The notes: generated by a model not told the origin, from the sequence alone. 43,387 bases of DNA from Leidyana gryllorum EB-2025a (GCA_048772705.1 JBLWGC010000196.1:1-43387), one strand, 5' to 3'; numbered from the stretch's first letter, positions 1 through 10,209 are shown. Program-made: numbers and translations.

Positions 1-91
1 GCCGACTGGTCGGTGGTGCAAATTGCTGGTAGAGTCGGGACACTGGTCATAATATGTCAAGAACCACTAAATGCTATGGTGTCTGCAAAGC

Positions 92-164
92 GGGCCACTA
101 GCTCAAATGACATAGCACTCGCTTAACATGCGAGAGATACTGGGATCGATGCCCAGGTCGTCCA
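92..164 (+). pseudogene. Degenerate tRNA-Ala body (anticodon AAC, D-loop damaged)
   Basis: Aligns to intact Ala-AGC copies with many substitutions. Confidence 0.8.
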
Positions 165-240
165 AGCCTCTAACGGCTGCACCCGCGGTATATGAAAACA
201 GAGTCAGGACCGAAGGGAGTTGATGCCCGATCACATCGCA

Positions 241-322
241 CGACAACTGCTGGATTTGAACCAGCGCCGGCCCGGCCCAGTAGATTTCGAGTCTACCCCC
301 TTAACCACTCGGGCAAGTTGCC
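241..322 (-). tRNA. tRNA-Ser-CGA: tRNA-Ser(CGA)
   Basis: GGCAACTTGCCCGAGTGGTTAAGGGGGTAGACT-CGA-AATCTAC, long variable arm. Confidence 0.85.
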
Positions 323-386
323 AACGGTAGAACTCGGCATGCCGCAGGCAGTGGCTTCACATACGGTTCAGCAGCTTGACTCGGAG

Positions 387-457
387 CGCTCGCGCTGTCC
401 GAACCCGCGGTCTCTCCATTGAAAGTATTGCGCTCTACCGACGGAGCTGGCGCGGCA
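387..457 (-). pseudogene. Decayed tRNA-Lys-like relic (recurrent family)
   Basis: 5' half matches the Lys body; anticodon stem and 3' stems are broken. Confidence 0.7.
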
Positions 458-523
458 AGGAAGCTTGGACTTGGTAAAAAGTTCCTTTCGTATTGGCAAC
501 TCTTTATCAAAGATCCACTCACT

Positions 524-597
524 TGGTCACGCTCGGGCTCAAACCGGGGACCTTGAGCTTATTAGGCTCACGCTCTAACCGACTGAGCCACGCGACC
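524..597 (-). tRNA. tRNA-Ile-AAT: tRNA-Ile(AAT), T-loop TTTGA variant
   Basis: GGTCGCG..GAGCCT-AAT-AAGCTCA; C56T. Confidence 0.75.
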
Positions 598-718
598 ACT
601 TCTGCGACGACAGATGGCACCTATTCACTTACTTGATGCCTCTGCGTCGCCACTGCAATCTCTAGCATGTACTGCTGGTGTTTTGAGCCCAGCCGCCTAC
701 TCCGATGATCGCAGCACA

Positions 719-800
719 CGACAACTGCTGGATTTGAACCAGCGCGGGCCAGGCCCAGTAGATTTCTAGTCTACCCCCTTAACCACTCGGGCAAGTTGCC
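719..800 (-). tRNA. tRNA-Ser-AGA: tRNA-Ser(AGA)
   Basis: Ser body, GACT-AGA-AATC. Confidence 0.9.
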
Positions 801-1091
801 GCTGTCGCACTTGGCATTTTGCGGCCAGTGGCTTCACATACGGTTCAGCGAGCTTTACTAGGACTGCTCGCGCCGCCCAAACCCGCGGATCTCCCTTCAA
901 AAGTCTTGCGCTCTACTGACGGAGTTGGGGCGGCAAGGAAGCTCGCCCCGTACCCGAGGAAGGCCCAAGATTCCACGATCAATACAAATGGAATTGGTTA
1001 CTAAGTCCGAATCTGTATCAGAGATCACGCCGACATACCATGTTTTCCAAGACGGTACGGCTCTCGGCCGAAGCCCCAACTCAACCAGTCG

Positions 1092-1164
1092 TCCACTGTA
1101 GTCTAAGTGGCTAGGATATGCGGCTTTCAACCGCACGGTCCGGGTTCAAGTCCCGGCAGTGGAA
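1092..1164 (+). tRNA. tRNA-Glu-TTC: tRNA-Glu(TTC)
   Basis: TCCACTG..TGCGGCT-TTC-AACCGCA..CAGTGGAA. Confidence 0.85.
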
Positions 1165-1387
1165 GTCATTGAACTACTCTAGCAAAGTGCTCCACTAATC
1201 TCCGTCAATAGCGATTGTTTCGTCATCTCCGGCTTTCATTGCCTTCTTAGTTTAGGGGCAGAGCGTTCGCTTCGTAAGCGAGAAGTCGCCGGTTCGATTC
1301 CGGCTGAAGTAGTAATTTTCAAAGCACACCTCTACCTCCAGTGGGAGGGAATCGTGGTGAGATGCCGGAGTCAACCGACGACCAAGA

Positions 1388-1459
1388 GGGCTGTTCTGGG
1401 AATCGAACCCAGGACTCTTTCCACCCTAAGGAAGGATTATACCACTAGACCACACAGCC
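1388..1459 (-). tRNA. tRNA-Pro-AGG: tRNA-Pro(AGG)
   Basis: Pro body, CCTT-AGG-GTGG, a few substitutions. Confidence 0.75.
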
Positions 1460-1696
1460 GACTAATCGGTGGTGCAAATTGCTGGTAGAGTCGGGAGACT
1501 GGTCATAACATGTCAACAACCACCAAATGCTATGGGGTGTGCACAGCCGGCGACTAGCTCAAATTATGTAGCACTCGCGTAGCATGCGAGAGATGCTGGG
1601 ATCGATGCCCAGGTCGTCCAAACTTCTACCGGCTGCACCTCCGGTATCTGGAAACAGAGTCACGACCGAATGGAGTTGACGCCCGATCACATTACA

Positions 1697-1777
1697 CGAC
1701 AACTGCTGGATTCGAACCACCGCGGGCCAGACCCAGTAGATTTCAAGTCTAACCCTTAATCACTCGGGCAAGTTGCC
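1697..1777 (-). pseudogene. tRNA-Ser(TGA), damaged
   Basis: Ser body, GACT-TGA-AATC, D-arm and T-arm lesions. Confidence 0.7.
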
Positions 1778-2082
1778 GCTGTCGAACTTGGCATTTTGCG
1801 GCCAGTGGCTTCACATACGGTTCAGCGAGCTTTACTAGGACTGCTCGCGCCGCCCAAACCCGCGGATCTCCCTTCAAAAGTCTTGCGCTCTACCGAGAGG
1901 AGTTGGGGCGGCAAGAAAGCTCGCCCCCTACCCGAGGAAGGCCCAAGATTCCACGATCAATACAAATGGAATTGGTTACTAAGTCCGAATCTGTATCAGA
2001 GATCCACTCACTTGATCACGCCGACATACCATGTTTTCCAAGACTGTACGGCTCTCGGCCGAAGCCCCAACTCAACCACTCG

Positions 2083-2155
2083 TCCACTGTAGTCTAAGTG
2101 GCTAGGATATGCGGCTTTCACCCGCACGATCCGGGTTCAAGTCCCGGCAGTGGAA
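2083..2155 (+). tRNA. tRNA-Glu-TTC: tRNA-Glu(TTC)
   Basis: Consensus-identical cloverleaf. Confidence 0.93.
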
Positions 2156-2231
2156 GTCATTGAACTACTCTAGCAAAGTGCTCCACTAATCTCCGTCAAT
2201 AGCGATTGTTTCGTCATCTCCGGCTTCCATT

Positions 2232-2303
2232 GCCTTCTTAGTTTAGGGGCAGAGCGTTCGCTTCGTAAGCGAGAAGTCGCCGGTTCGATTCCGGCTGAAG
2301 GCT
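2232..2303 (+). tRNA. tRNA-Thr-CGT: tRNA-Thr(CGT)
   Basis: GCCTTCT..TCGCTT-CGT-AAGCGA..GGTTCGATTCCGGC. Confidence 0.75.
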
Positions 2304-2606
2304 CGACTGCATCGACTGGGCACCGGCAAGCTGCTCGCAAACTCCAATAATCGTAGCTCAGCCATCAGAGGTAAGTCTCTCAGCCACGAAGTCGCAGGTT
2401 TAGAACCTGCCAGTACCTGAGGCACCCACAGGGGGCTGTTTGGTCTAGTTATATAATTCTTTCTTCGGCTGGAAGAAGTCCTGGGTTCAATGCCACGTCT
2501 CTCCAAGGTCGGCTACTATACGCGGCTCCCACTCGTACAATCCCGAATGAAGTCCAGACCAGCTGAGACAAAATCTGAGTTGCACCAGTTGTGAGGGCTC
2601 GAACTG

Positions 2607-2678
2607 CTCCGAGACCGGGAATCGAACCCGGGTCTTCCGCGTGACAGGCGGAAATACTAACCACTATACTATCTCGGA
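2607..2678 (-). tRNA. tRNA-Asp-GTC: tRNA-Asp(GTC)
   Basis: TCCGAGATAGTATAGTGGTTAGTATTTCCGCCT-GTC-ACGCGGA, intact. Confidence 0.95.
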
Positions 2679-2871
2679 CGCTCCGAACACACCGGCCTGA
2701 AACCCCAAAAGTCCTTCATCTTGAGATTCCAGGGATAGAAAACGCGTGGAGCGGCGAGCCAACAACATCCCGGCAAGATGACCGAGTGGTCTGAGGCGCT
2801 GTGCTCAGACCGCAGTCCGAAAGGGCGAGGATCTGGGATTGAGCCTTCCGAACCCCGGCGCAGTTGGACGG

Positions 2872-2950
2872 CCGGGGTAGCTCAGTTGGTCGAGCATCCG
2901 ACTGTAGTGCTGGCATCAGATAGTCGGCGGTTCGATTCCGTCCCACCGGA
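2872..2950 (+). tRNA. tRNA-Tyr-GTA: tRNA-Tyr(GTA) with 7-nt intron (variant copy)
   Basis: CT-GTA-G[TGCTGGC]ATCAGA; some lesions. Confidence 0.7.
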
Positions 2951-3205
2951 AGTAGAGGGTGATCGGCAAACTACTACTCAACCTGATGGACAGCGTTGAT
3001 AGGCCAACTAGACTACTCCGGCGAGGGTTCCATCTATGTAGCTTGGATGGGCTGGGAATCGATCCCAGAACCTTTCGTATACTAAGCCACCGTCTCATCA
3101 TCTGGGCTAGCCTCCCTTTGTGCCCACCTCATGGAATTGAGTAAGACTTCACATAGTGAGACGAGTCTCTCGACTGTACCCAGCGGGTTGAACCCCCGGC
3201 TAGGC

Positions 3206-3277
3206 GGCTGTTTGGTCTAGTGGTATAATCCTTCCTTAGGGTGGAGAGAGTCCTGAGTTCGATTCCCAGAACAGCCC
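3206..3277 (+). tRNA. tRNA-Pro-AGG: tRNA-Pro(AGG)
   Basis: Pro body. Confidence 0.8.
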
Positions 3278-3480
3278 TCTTGGTCGTCGGTTGACCCGAC
3301 GGAACGAGGTCCCCTCTGAATCAACACAGCCACCTCGTTAGCCCACTTCGGTAGGGCAGTCAGCGCAACTAACCTCAGTCCCTATTGACGGAAGTTACTG
3401 AAGCACATTGTTCCACCACTTAATACTTCCACTGCTCCACCCACCGGCAAATAGGGTGTAACTAAGTTTAGAGCTTCCTT

Positions 3481-3553
3481 GCCGCCCTAGCTCAGTCGGT
3501 AGAGCGCAAGACTTTTAATCTTCCAGTCGCGGGTTCGAGCCCCGCGGGCGGTG
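3481..3553 (+). tRNA. tRNA-Lys-TTT: tRNA-Lys(TTT)
   Basis: GCCGCCCTAGCTCAGTCGGTAGAGCGCAAGACT-TTT-AATCTT. Confidence 0.85.
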
Positions 3554-3613
3554 CAAATCAATGTCTCTGGGAGTAGGAGTGGAACCGTTGCCTACAAGCA
3601 CACTCTGCTGGAT

Positions 3614-3686
3614 TTCCAGTGCCGGGACTTGGACCCGGATCGTGCGGGTGACAGCCGCATATCCTAGCCACATAGACTACAGTGGA
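3614..3686 (-). pseudogene. Glu body with GTC anticodon, T-loop damaged
   Basis: GCGGCT-GTC-ACCCGC; GGTCCAAG. Confidence 0.75.
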
Positions 3687-3767
3687 CAACTTCCTCAGCT
3701 GCAGCTTTGGACGAAAGCCGTACCATCTTGAGATGAGATGGAGCGTCAGGTCAACCGACAAGCAACG

Positions 3768-3839
3768 GGGCTGTTCTGGGAATCGAACCCAGGACTTCTT
3801 CCACCCGAAGGAAGAATCATACCACTAGACCAAACAGCC
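3768..3839 (-). tRNA. tRNA-Pro-CGG: tRNA-Pro(CGG)
   Basis: CTTCCTT-CGG-GTGGAAG, intact. Confidence 0.93.
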
Positions 3840-3967
3840 GCCTGTCGGTCGTGCAACCCGCTGAGTACAGTTGAGATAGTGGTCATACTATGTTGAGAAC
3901 CAACAAATGCGATGGGGTCTGCAAAATGGAAGGACTTTTGGGGTTTCAGGCCGGTGTGTTCGGAACA

Positions 3968-4039
3968 TCCGAGATAGTATAGTGGTTAGTATTTCCGCCT
4001 GTCACGCGGAAGACCCGGGTTCGATTCCCGGTCTCGGAG
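3968..4039 (+). tRNA. tRNA-Asp-GTC: tRNA-Asp(GTC)
   Basis: Intact consensus copy. Confidence 0.95.
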
Positions 4040-4094
4040 CACAGTTGATCTCGCTTAAGATTGTCTTTTTTGGTGCCCGCTGAAAGTTGCGAGC

Positions 4095-4167
4095 TACAGT
4101 CACCGAGGATCGAACTCGGGACCTTCTGCGTGTTAAGCAGACGTTGTGACCACTAGACCATGGCTGC
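4095..4167 (-). tRNA. tRNA-Val-AAC: tRNA-Val(AAC)
   Basis: GCAGCCATGGTCTAGTGG..CTGCTT-AAC-ACGCAG. Confidence 0.8.
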
Positions 4168-4557
4168 ACGGAGCTTTTGGCTGCGAAAGGGGCGTGTGTC
4201 TTTGGAAACACATATTCGATGAGCCTGGTTTTTACGTACCGCCCTAAGTTGGACGGCCTAGAGTAGTCCAGACTCATCGCCTTGTATTCAGGAATGGAGG
4301 TGTCACGCATCTGTGGTCTAGGGGTAGACTGTGTCGTTGCCGCGGAGAGGACCCAGGTCCGATTCGCGGCAGATGCAGATGACATAGCACATGGCTTATT
4401 CACTAGAATTCTACGCCGTTGAACTCCAGTGCCAATTAGACACGGGCGGACAGCTGTAGCACTCGCAGGGACGTATGTGACGGCGCAGCGCCGACTGGGC
4501 GTGGGTCCAAATCCCATTCTTGGTTGCGCCCCATACGAGAAGAACATAAAGCCTGAT

Positions 4558-4629
4558 TGAGCCCAGAGTGATTCGAACACCCAACCTTCTGATATGGAGT
4601 CAGACGCGCTACCGTTGCGCCATAGGCCC
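4558..4629 (-). tRNA. tRNA-Trp-CCA: tRNA-Trp(CCA)
   Basis: GGGCCTATGGCGCAACGGTAGCGCGTCTGACT-CCA. Confidence 0.85.
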
Positions 4630-4710
4630 AAAACCATCTCCCGTTCCAAACTAATTGCCTTGTGGTCAGGAATGGAGGTCCAACATCTCCGATCGTTCCA
4701 AACCATCTTC

Positions 4711-4782
4711 TGGGCACGGGCGGAGTTGGACCACGGACTTGCTGATCTGCAGTCAGCTGCTCTACCACTGAGCTACGTACCC
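4711..4782 (-). tRNA. tRNA-Cys-GCA: tRNA-Cys(GCA), T-arm variant
   Basis: GGGTACGTAGCTCAGTGGTAGAGCAGCTGACT-GCA-GATCAGC. Confidence 0.75.
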
Positions 4783-4878
4783 ACAAACTACCCGTCATAC
4801 TCGCTCAACTCGATTCTGTCTTCTCATTTGAAGCAAAACGGCCGTTACCGTGTACGATCTTCAACAACAAGGTGTCAC

Positions 4879-4949
4879 GCATCTGTGGTCTAGTGGTAGA
4901 ATGTCTCGTTGCCATCGAGACGACCCGGGTTCGATTCCCGGCAGATGCA
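4879..4949 (+). tRNA. tRNA-Gly-GCC: tRNA-Gly(GCC)
   Basis: GCATCTGTGGTCTAGTGGTAGAATGTCTCGTT-GCC-ATCGAGA, intact. Confidence 0.95.
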
Positions 4950-5323
4950 GAGGACACATGGTTGTTTTTCCACCATTCAGAAATTCATGCGTGAGTTGGT
5001 GTTTAACCCTCCAACCACATCGCACGACAACTGCTGGATTTGAACCAGCGCGGGCCAGGCCCAGTAGATTCAAGTCTACCTCCTTAACCACTCGGGCATG
5101 TTGCCAACTGTCGAATTCGACATGCCGCAAGGAGTGACCAAATGCCCCCATGTTCAGCCTGTCCTGCGGCATTGATAGGTGTCTGAACTGACCTCTCGCG
5201 TGCCAAGTCACCGCTCTACCACTTGAGATAGCCGCCCACCCGCCAAACCTCGGTGAATTTCCCATCTGAGACCGACTCACAGTTCTCTGACGCCTCATTC
5301 GTCAGTGCAACTGTTGTGACTCG

Positions 5324-5396
5324 TCCACTGTAGTCTAAGTGGCTAGGGTATGCGGCTTTCACCCGCACGATCCGGGTTCAAGTCCCGGCAGTGGAA
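5324..5396 (+). tRNA. tRNA-Glu-TTC: tRNA-Glu(TTC)
   Basis: Near-consensus. Confidence 0.88.
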
Positions 5397-5472
5397 GTCA
5401 TTAGAGTACTCGATCAAAGTGCTTTGATAACTTGCGTAAATAGGGACTGATGCGTGATTCCCGGCTTGCATT

Positions 5473-5544
5473 GCCTTCTTAGCTTAGGGGCAGAGCATTC
5501 GCTCAGTAAGCGAAAGGTCGCCGGTTCGATTCCGGCAGAAGGCT
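5473..5544 (+). tRNA. tRNA-Thr-AGT: tRNA-Thr(AGT)
   Basis: Thr body, T33C. Confidence 0.78.
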
Positions 5545-5591
5545 TGCTCACGAGCCAATCTATCCTACAACTGTTCCCTTCTGCGCACACT

Positions 5592-5663
5592 TAGCAGTGC
5601 GTCGTTTCGATCGACGGACCTTTGGGTTATGAGCCCAACACTCTTCCACTGAGCTACACTGCT
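5592..5663 (-). tRNA. tRNA-iMet-CAT: Initiator tRNA-Met(CAT)
   Basis: A1-T72, GGG/CCC anticodon stem, GATCGAAA T-loop. Confidence 0.95.
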
Positions 5664-5803
5664 TAGTCTGCAACATGTCAGAGGTAGCCGAAATGCGATT
5701 CTCGAGAGGTTAGTTGCGCTGACTGCCCTACCGAAGTGGGCTAACGAGGTGGCTGTGTTGGTTCTGAGGGCAACTTGTCCCGTCGGGTAACCGACGACCA
5801 AGA

Positions 5804-5875
5804 GGGCTGTTCTGGGAATCGAACTCAGGACTCTCTCCACCCTAAGGAAGGATCATACCACTAGACCAAACAGCC
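5804..5875 (-). tRNA. tRNA-Pro-AGG: tRNA-Pro(AGG)
   Basis: Pro body. Confidence 0.8.
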
Positions 5876-5964
5876 GACCGTTTGGTGGTGCAAACCGCTG
5901 AGTACAGTTGAGAGAGTGGTCATACTATGTTGAGAACCAACACATGCGATGAGGTCTGCAGAAC

Positions 5965-6037
5965 GGGCGGCTAGCTCAAATGGTAGAGCGCTCGCTTAGC
6001 ATGCGAGAGGTACTGGGATCGATGCCCAGGTCGTCCA
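5965..6037 (+). tRNA. tRNA-Ala-AGC: tRNA-Ala(AGC)
   Basis: GGGCGGCTAGCTCAAATGGTAGAGCGCTCGCTT-AGC-ATGCGAG; G3:T70. Confidence 0.93.
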
Positions 6038-6179
6038 AACCTCGTACGGCTGCACCTGCCGCTATTTATTTACCGAGTTGAGAGCTTTTAATTGTGCTGT
6101 GCAGCCCTTGGACAGACCTGGGCACCGCAGTATGTGTGAACAAAATCTGAGTTGCAGCAGTTGTGAGCGTCTGGAACTG

Positions 6180-6251
6180 CTCCGAGACCGGGAATCGAAC
6201 CCGGGTCTTCCACGTGACAGGCGGAAATACTAACCACTATACTATCTCGGA
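6180..6251 (-). tRNA. tRNA-Asp-GTC: tRNA-Asp(GTC)
   Basis: One anticodon-stem substitution. Confidence 0.85.
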
Positions 6252-6428
6252 CGCTAGTAAACTCGCCGGCCTCCAACCCCAAAAGTCCTCGCATTTTGAG
6301 ATTTCACCAACAGGAAATGGGTGGAACGGCGAGCCAAGAACACTCCGGCAAGATGGCCGAGTGCTGTGTGCAAGCCGCCGTCCGAAATGCGGGCAGAGGA
6401 TCGCAACCATGTTCAGGCTAATGACTGA

Positions 6429-6500
6429 AGCCTCCTGCCGGAATCGAACCGGCGACCTTTCGCTTACAAAGCGAATGCTCTGCCACTAAGCTAAGGAGGC
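6429..6500 (-). tRNA. tRNA-Thr-TGT: tRNA-Thr(TGT)
   Basis: GCCTCCT/AGGAGGC acceptor stem, TCGCTT-TGT-AAGCGA. Confidence 0.93.
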
Positions 6501-6564
6501 ATTCCCTGTCTCGACCCATATGAGTTTTTGATGCTGGGGATTGCATCATTTCCACCACATCGCA

Positions 6565-6646
6565 CGACAACTGCTGGATTTGAACCAGCGCGGGCCAGGC
6601 CCAGTAGATTTCTAGTCTACCCCCTTAACCACTCGGGCAAGTTGCC
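6565..6646 (-). tRNA. tRNA-Ser-AGA: tRNA-Ser(AGA)
   Basis: Consensus Ser body. Confidence 0.9.
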
Positions 6647-6878
6647 ACCTGTCCAACTCGGCATTTTGCGGCCAGTGCCGTCACATACGGTTCGACAAGC
6701 TTTACTAGGACTGCTCGCGCCGCCCGAACCCGCGGTTCTCCCTTCAAAAGTCTTGCGCTCTACCGACGGAGTTGGGGCGGCAAGAAGCTCGGACTTGGTA
6801 ACAAATTCCAGTCGTATTGATGGTGGAATCTTTCCGAGACGGTTCGGCCCTCGGCCGAAGCCTAAACTCGAGCACTTG

Positions 6879-6951
6879 TCCACTGTAGTCTAAGTGGCTA
6901 GGATATGCGGCTTTCACCCACACGATCCGGGTTCAAGTCCCGGCAGTGGAA
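6879..6951 (+). tRNA. tRNA-Glu-TTC: tRNA-Glu(TTC)
   Basis: One stem substitution. Confidence 0.8.
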
Positions 6952-7011
6952 ATCCAGCAGAGTGTGCTTGTAGGCAACGGTTCCATTCCTATTCCCAGAG
7001 ACATTGATTTG

Positions 7012-7084
7012 CACCGCCCGCGGGGCTCGAACCCGCGACTGCAAGATGAAAAGTCTTGCGCTCTACCGACTGAGCTAGGGCGGC
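7012..7084 (-). tRNA. tRNA-Lys-TTT: tRNA-Lys(TTT)
   Basis: Lys body, A37C. Confidence 0.82.
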
Positions 7085-7871
7085 AAGGAAGCTCTAAACT
7101 TAGTTACACCCTATTTGCCGGTATGTGGAGCAGTGGAAGTATTGAGTGGTGCACAATGTGCTTCAGTAACTTCCGTCAATAGGGACTCATTCCTGATGTC
7201 CAGTTAACATTGCCTTCTTAGCTTGGGGCAGAGCATTCGCTCAGTAAGCGAAAGGTCGCCGGTTCGATTCCGGCAGAAGGCTTTGCTCGCGAGGCAATCT
7301 ATTCTATAACTGTTCCCCTTCTGCGCAAACTTAGCAGTGCGTCGTTTGATCGACGGACCTTTGGATTACGAGCCCAACACTTTTCACTGAGCTACACTGC
7401 TGAGTCTGCAACATGGAAGAAGTAGCCGAAATGCAATTCTCGAGATGTTAGTTGCCCTGACTGCCCTACCAAAGTGGGCTAATGAAATGCTGTGTTGGTT
7501 CTGAGGGCAACTTGTCCCGTCGGGTCAACCGACGACCAAGAGGGCTGTTCTGGGAATCGAACCCAGGACTTCTTCCACCCAAAAGAAGAATCATACCACT
7601 AGACCAAACAGCCGAATGGGAAGGGGGATACAACCGGCTACGTACAGCCGTAAACTCGAAGTGTGGCTAATTCGTCCTGAAATGAGTACCGTTGCGCAGA
7701 ATGGGACCCGCACCCATGCAGACTTGCGCCTACCAGTATGTGGCAAGATGCCCTAGTGGGTAAGGCGCTATTTTCAGACCCCACTCACATAGTCGTGAGT
7801 ATCTTTCTCCCGCCTTGAAAGGGCACTGGCTACCCGCAGAAACCCCAGACTACTTATTTCGACGCTGCATT

Positions 7872-7952
7872 GCGAGAATGCCCGAGAGGTTAAGGGGGTG
7901 GCCTTAAGATCCATTGGTCAATTCCGCCTGGGTTCGAACCCCACTTCTCGCA
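7872..7952 (+). tRNA. tRNA-Leu-TAA: tRNA-Leu(TAA)
   Basis: GCGAGAATGCCCGAGAGGTTAAGGGGGTGGCCT-TAA-GATCCA. Confidence 0.75.
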
Positions 7953-8728
7953 TAAGGAGGCAAGTGTCGGGGGAGGGGAATGGAACGGTCGACTACCTGC
8001 CGCACCCGCCGCAGTCAGATGCTGTACCAAGTATGCGAACGCCTGTCGTGTGACCCTTGGACATCGAAGTTTGCTCCCGAACCGCACCTTTTGAGTGAGC
8101 ACCAAACGAAGTCTAAAGCGGAACGAGCTGTGCTGTAAGACGGGCAGTCGAACCCAGGTCTTCCGCGTGACGCGCGAAAATACTAAGGACTCCGGTCGAC
8201 CTGCCCAATGACTTGCATGACTCCACCCTGAGGCAAATAGAGTGTAACTTAGTTCAGAGTTTCCTTGTCATCCTAGCTCAGTCGGTGGAGCGCGAGCCTC
8301 TTAATCTTGCAGTCGCAGAGTGAAGTCCCGTGGGCGGTGCGGACGAGTGGGCCGGGGAGTAAGAATGCAGTATGTTGCCTACAAGCACACCCATCTGCAT
8401 TTGCGCTGCCGAGACTCGAACCGGGATGGTGCGGGTTGGCGCCACATATACTAGCCACCGAGACCATAGTGGACACGTCACCAAAGTTGCACTGACGAAT
8501 GGGGGCAGAAAAGGCCTGAGAATTTTGCAACCCCCTCAGGTCGTTATCGAGACCGAGAGACCAGCCCGAAAAGCTTAAGCTTGTGAGCAAAACCTTCTGC
8601 CGGAATCGAACCGGCGACCTTTCGCTTAAGCGAATGCTCTGCCCCTAAGCTAAGAAGGCAATACAAGCCGGGAGTCACGCATCAGTCCCTATTGACACAA
8701 GAGCACTTTGATCGAGTACTCTAATGAC

Positions 8729-8801
8729 TTCCACTGCCGGGACTTGAATCCGGATCGTGCGGGTGAAAGCCGCATATCCTAGCCACTTAGACTACAGTGG
8801 A
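8729..8801 (-). tRNA. tRNA-Glu-TTC: tRNA-Glu(TTC)
   Basis: Glu body, G53A. Confidence 0.78.
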
Positions 8802-9017
8802 CGAGTCACAACAGTTGCACTGACGAATGAGGCGCCAGAAAACTGTGATCGATCTCAGGTGGGAAATTCACCTAGGTTTGGCGGGTGGGCAGCTACTCAA
8901 GTGGTAGAGCGGTGACTTTGCACGCGAGAGGTGAGTTTAGACACCTATAAATGCCGCAGGACAGGCTGAACATGGGGGTATTTGGTCACTCCTCGCGGCA
9001 TGTCGAATTCAACAGTT

Positions 9018-9099
9018 GGCAACTTGCCCGAGTGGTTAAGGGGGTAGACTCGAAATCTACTGGGTCTGGCCGGCGCTGGTTCGAATGCAGCAGTTGTCG
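9018..9099 (+). tRNA. tRNA-Ser-CGA: tRNA-Ser(CGA)
   Basis: Ser body with a T-stem lesion. Confidence 0.78.
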
Positions 9100-9365
9100 T
9101 GTTATGTGATCGGGCATCAACTCCATTCGGTCGTGACTCTGTTTTCAAATACCGCAGGTGCAGCCGTTAGAAGGTTGGACGACCTGGGCATTGATCCCAG
9201 TATCTCTCGCACGCTAAGCGTAGCGAGCTACCATTTGAGCTAGTCGCCCATTTAGCAAACCCCAGTACATCCATTTCTTTTTTACATGGTATGACCAATC
9301 TCCCAACTGCATCGATCACTTTCACCTGTTTGTGCTCCACTTTGCACAAACGAAGGCACGCACGA

Positions 9366-9438
9366 AACGGCTAGAGGGACTCGAACCCTCAACCTTTGCC
9401 TTAGGAGGGCAACGCGCTCTCCATTGCACCACAACCGC
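9366..9438 (-). tRNA. tRNA-Arg-CCT: tRNA-Arg(CCT)
   Basis: TTGCC-CT-CCT-AA-GGCAA, GAGGGTTCGAGTCCCTC. Confidence 0.85.
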
Positions 9439-9502
9439 ATTCGGGACGCATCGTGTCTCCTCTTTCACCCAACCAGTATCGAGATGACCGAAGCCTATCC
9501 AT

Positions 9503-9575
9503 GGTGCGCTGGCCTAATGGATAGGGCATCGGTCTTCGGAACCGGGAGTTGTGGGTTCGAGTCCCATCCGCATCA
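9503..9575 (+). tRNA. tRNA-Arg-TCG: tRNA-Arg(TCG)
   Basis: TGGCCTAATGGATAGGGCATCGGTCT-TCG-GAACCG. Confidence 0.8.
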
Positions 9576-9772
9576 TAGCCTCTCACTCGGAAGACGTTCC
9601 GTTTCGACCGAGGCAAGCTTGCTAGCTGCAAGGGAGCCGCTGCCCCGCATGTCGAGTTGAAGTGCTAGTGGTATCAGTTTCTTTCGTCCGTGAAAGTGCT
9701 CGATTCGATCCGCAGACAGCTGGAAGTAGAAATTACCCGAGTCTCTCGAGGTGCTGCAGATCTTTCGCAATT

Positions 9773-9843
9773 GCACTTGTGGTCTAAGGGTAAGATGCGA
9801 CCCTTCCAAGGTCGTAACCCGGGTTCGAGTCCCGGCAGGTGCA
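9773..9843 (+). tRNA. tRNA-Gly-TCC: tRNA-Gly(TCC)
   Basis: GCACTTG..CGACC-CT-TCC-AA-GGTCG. Confidence 0.92.
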
Positions 9844-9909
9844 GCCGTATGTAGCCCGAACCACCTGTCTATAGGTGAAGAGAGGGACGACTCAATACAA
9901 TACAACGGT

Positions 9910-9989
9910 TGACAAGAGTGGGATTCGAACCCACGCCCTTCCGGACTGCGGCCTTAACACAGCGCCTTAGACCACTCGGCCATCTTGCC
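9910..9989 (-). tRNA. tRNA-Leu-AAG: tRNA-Leu(AAG)
   Basis: GGCAAGATGGCCGAGTGGTCTAAGGCGCTGTGTT-AAG-GCCGCAG. Confidence 0.9.
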
Positions 9990-10209
9990 GGAGCGCCCTT
10001 GGCTCGCCACTTTACACGCTTTCTGACTGTGAAGTTTCGAGAACGGAGGACTTTTGGGGTTGAAGGCCGGAGTATCCACGAGCGTCCGAGACAGTATAGT
10101 GCTTAGTATTTCCGCCTCTCACTCGGAAGACCCGGGTTCGATTCCCGGTCTCGGAGACACTTCGTTCTTCCGCTTTAGATTTCGTGGTGCTCACCTGACA
10201 AACGCGAGT

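Noticed and set aside
7694-7790. Split or permuted tRNA-Leu (a 3' half and a 5' half adjacent; also near 16206)
   Set aside because: The halves are on opposite strands, come from different Leu isoacceptors and are degenerate, which fits a rearrangement junction.
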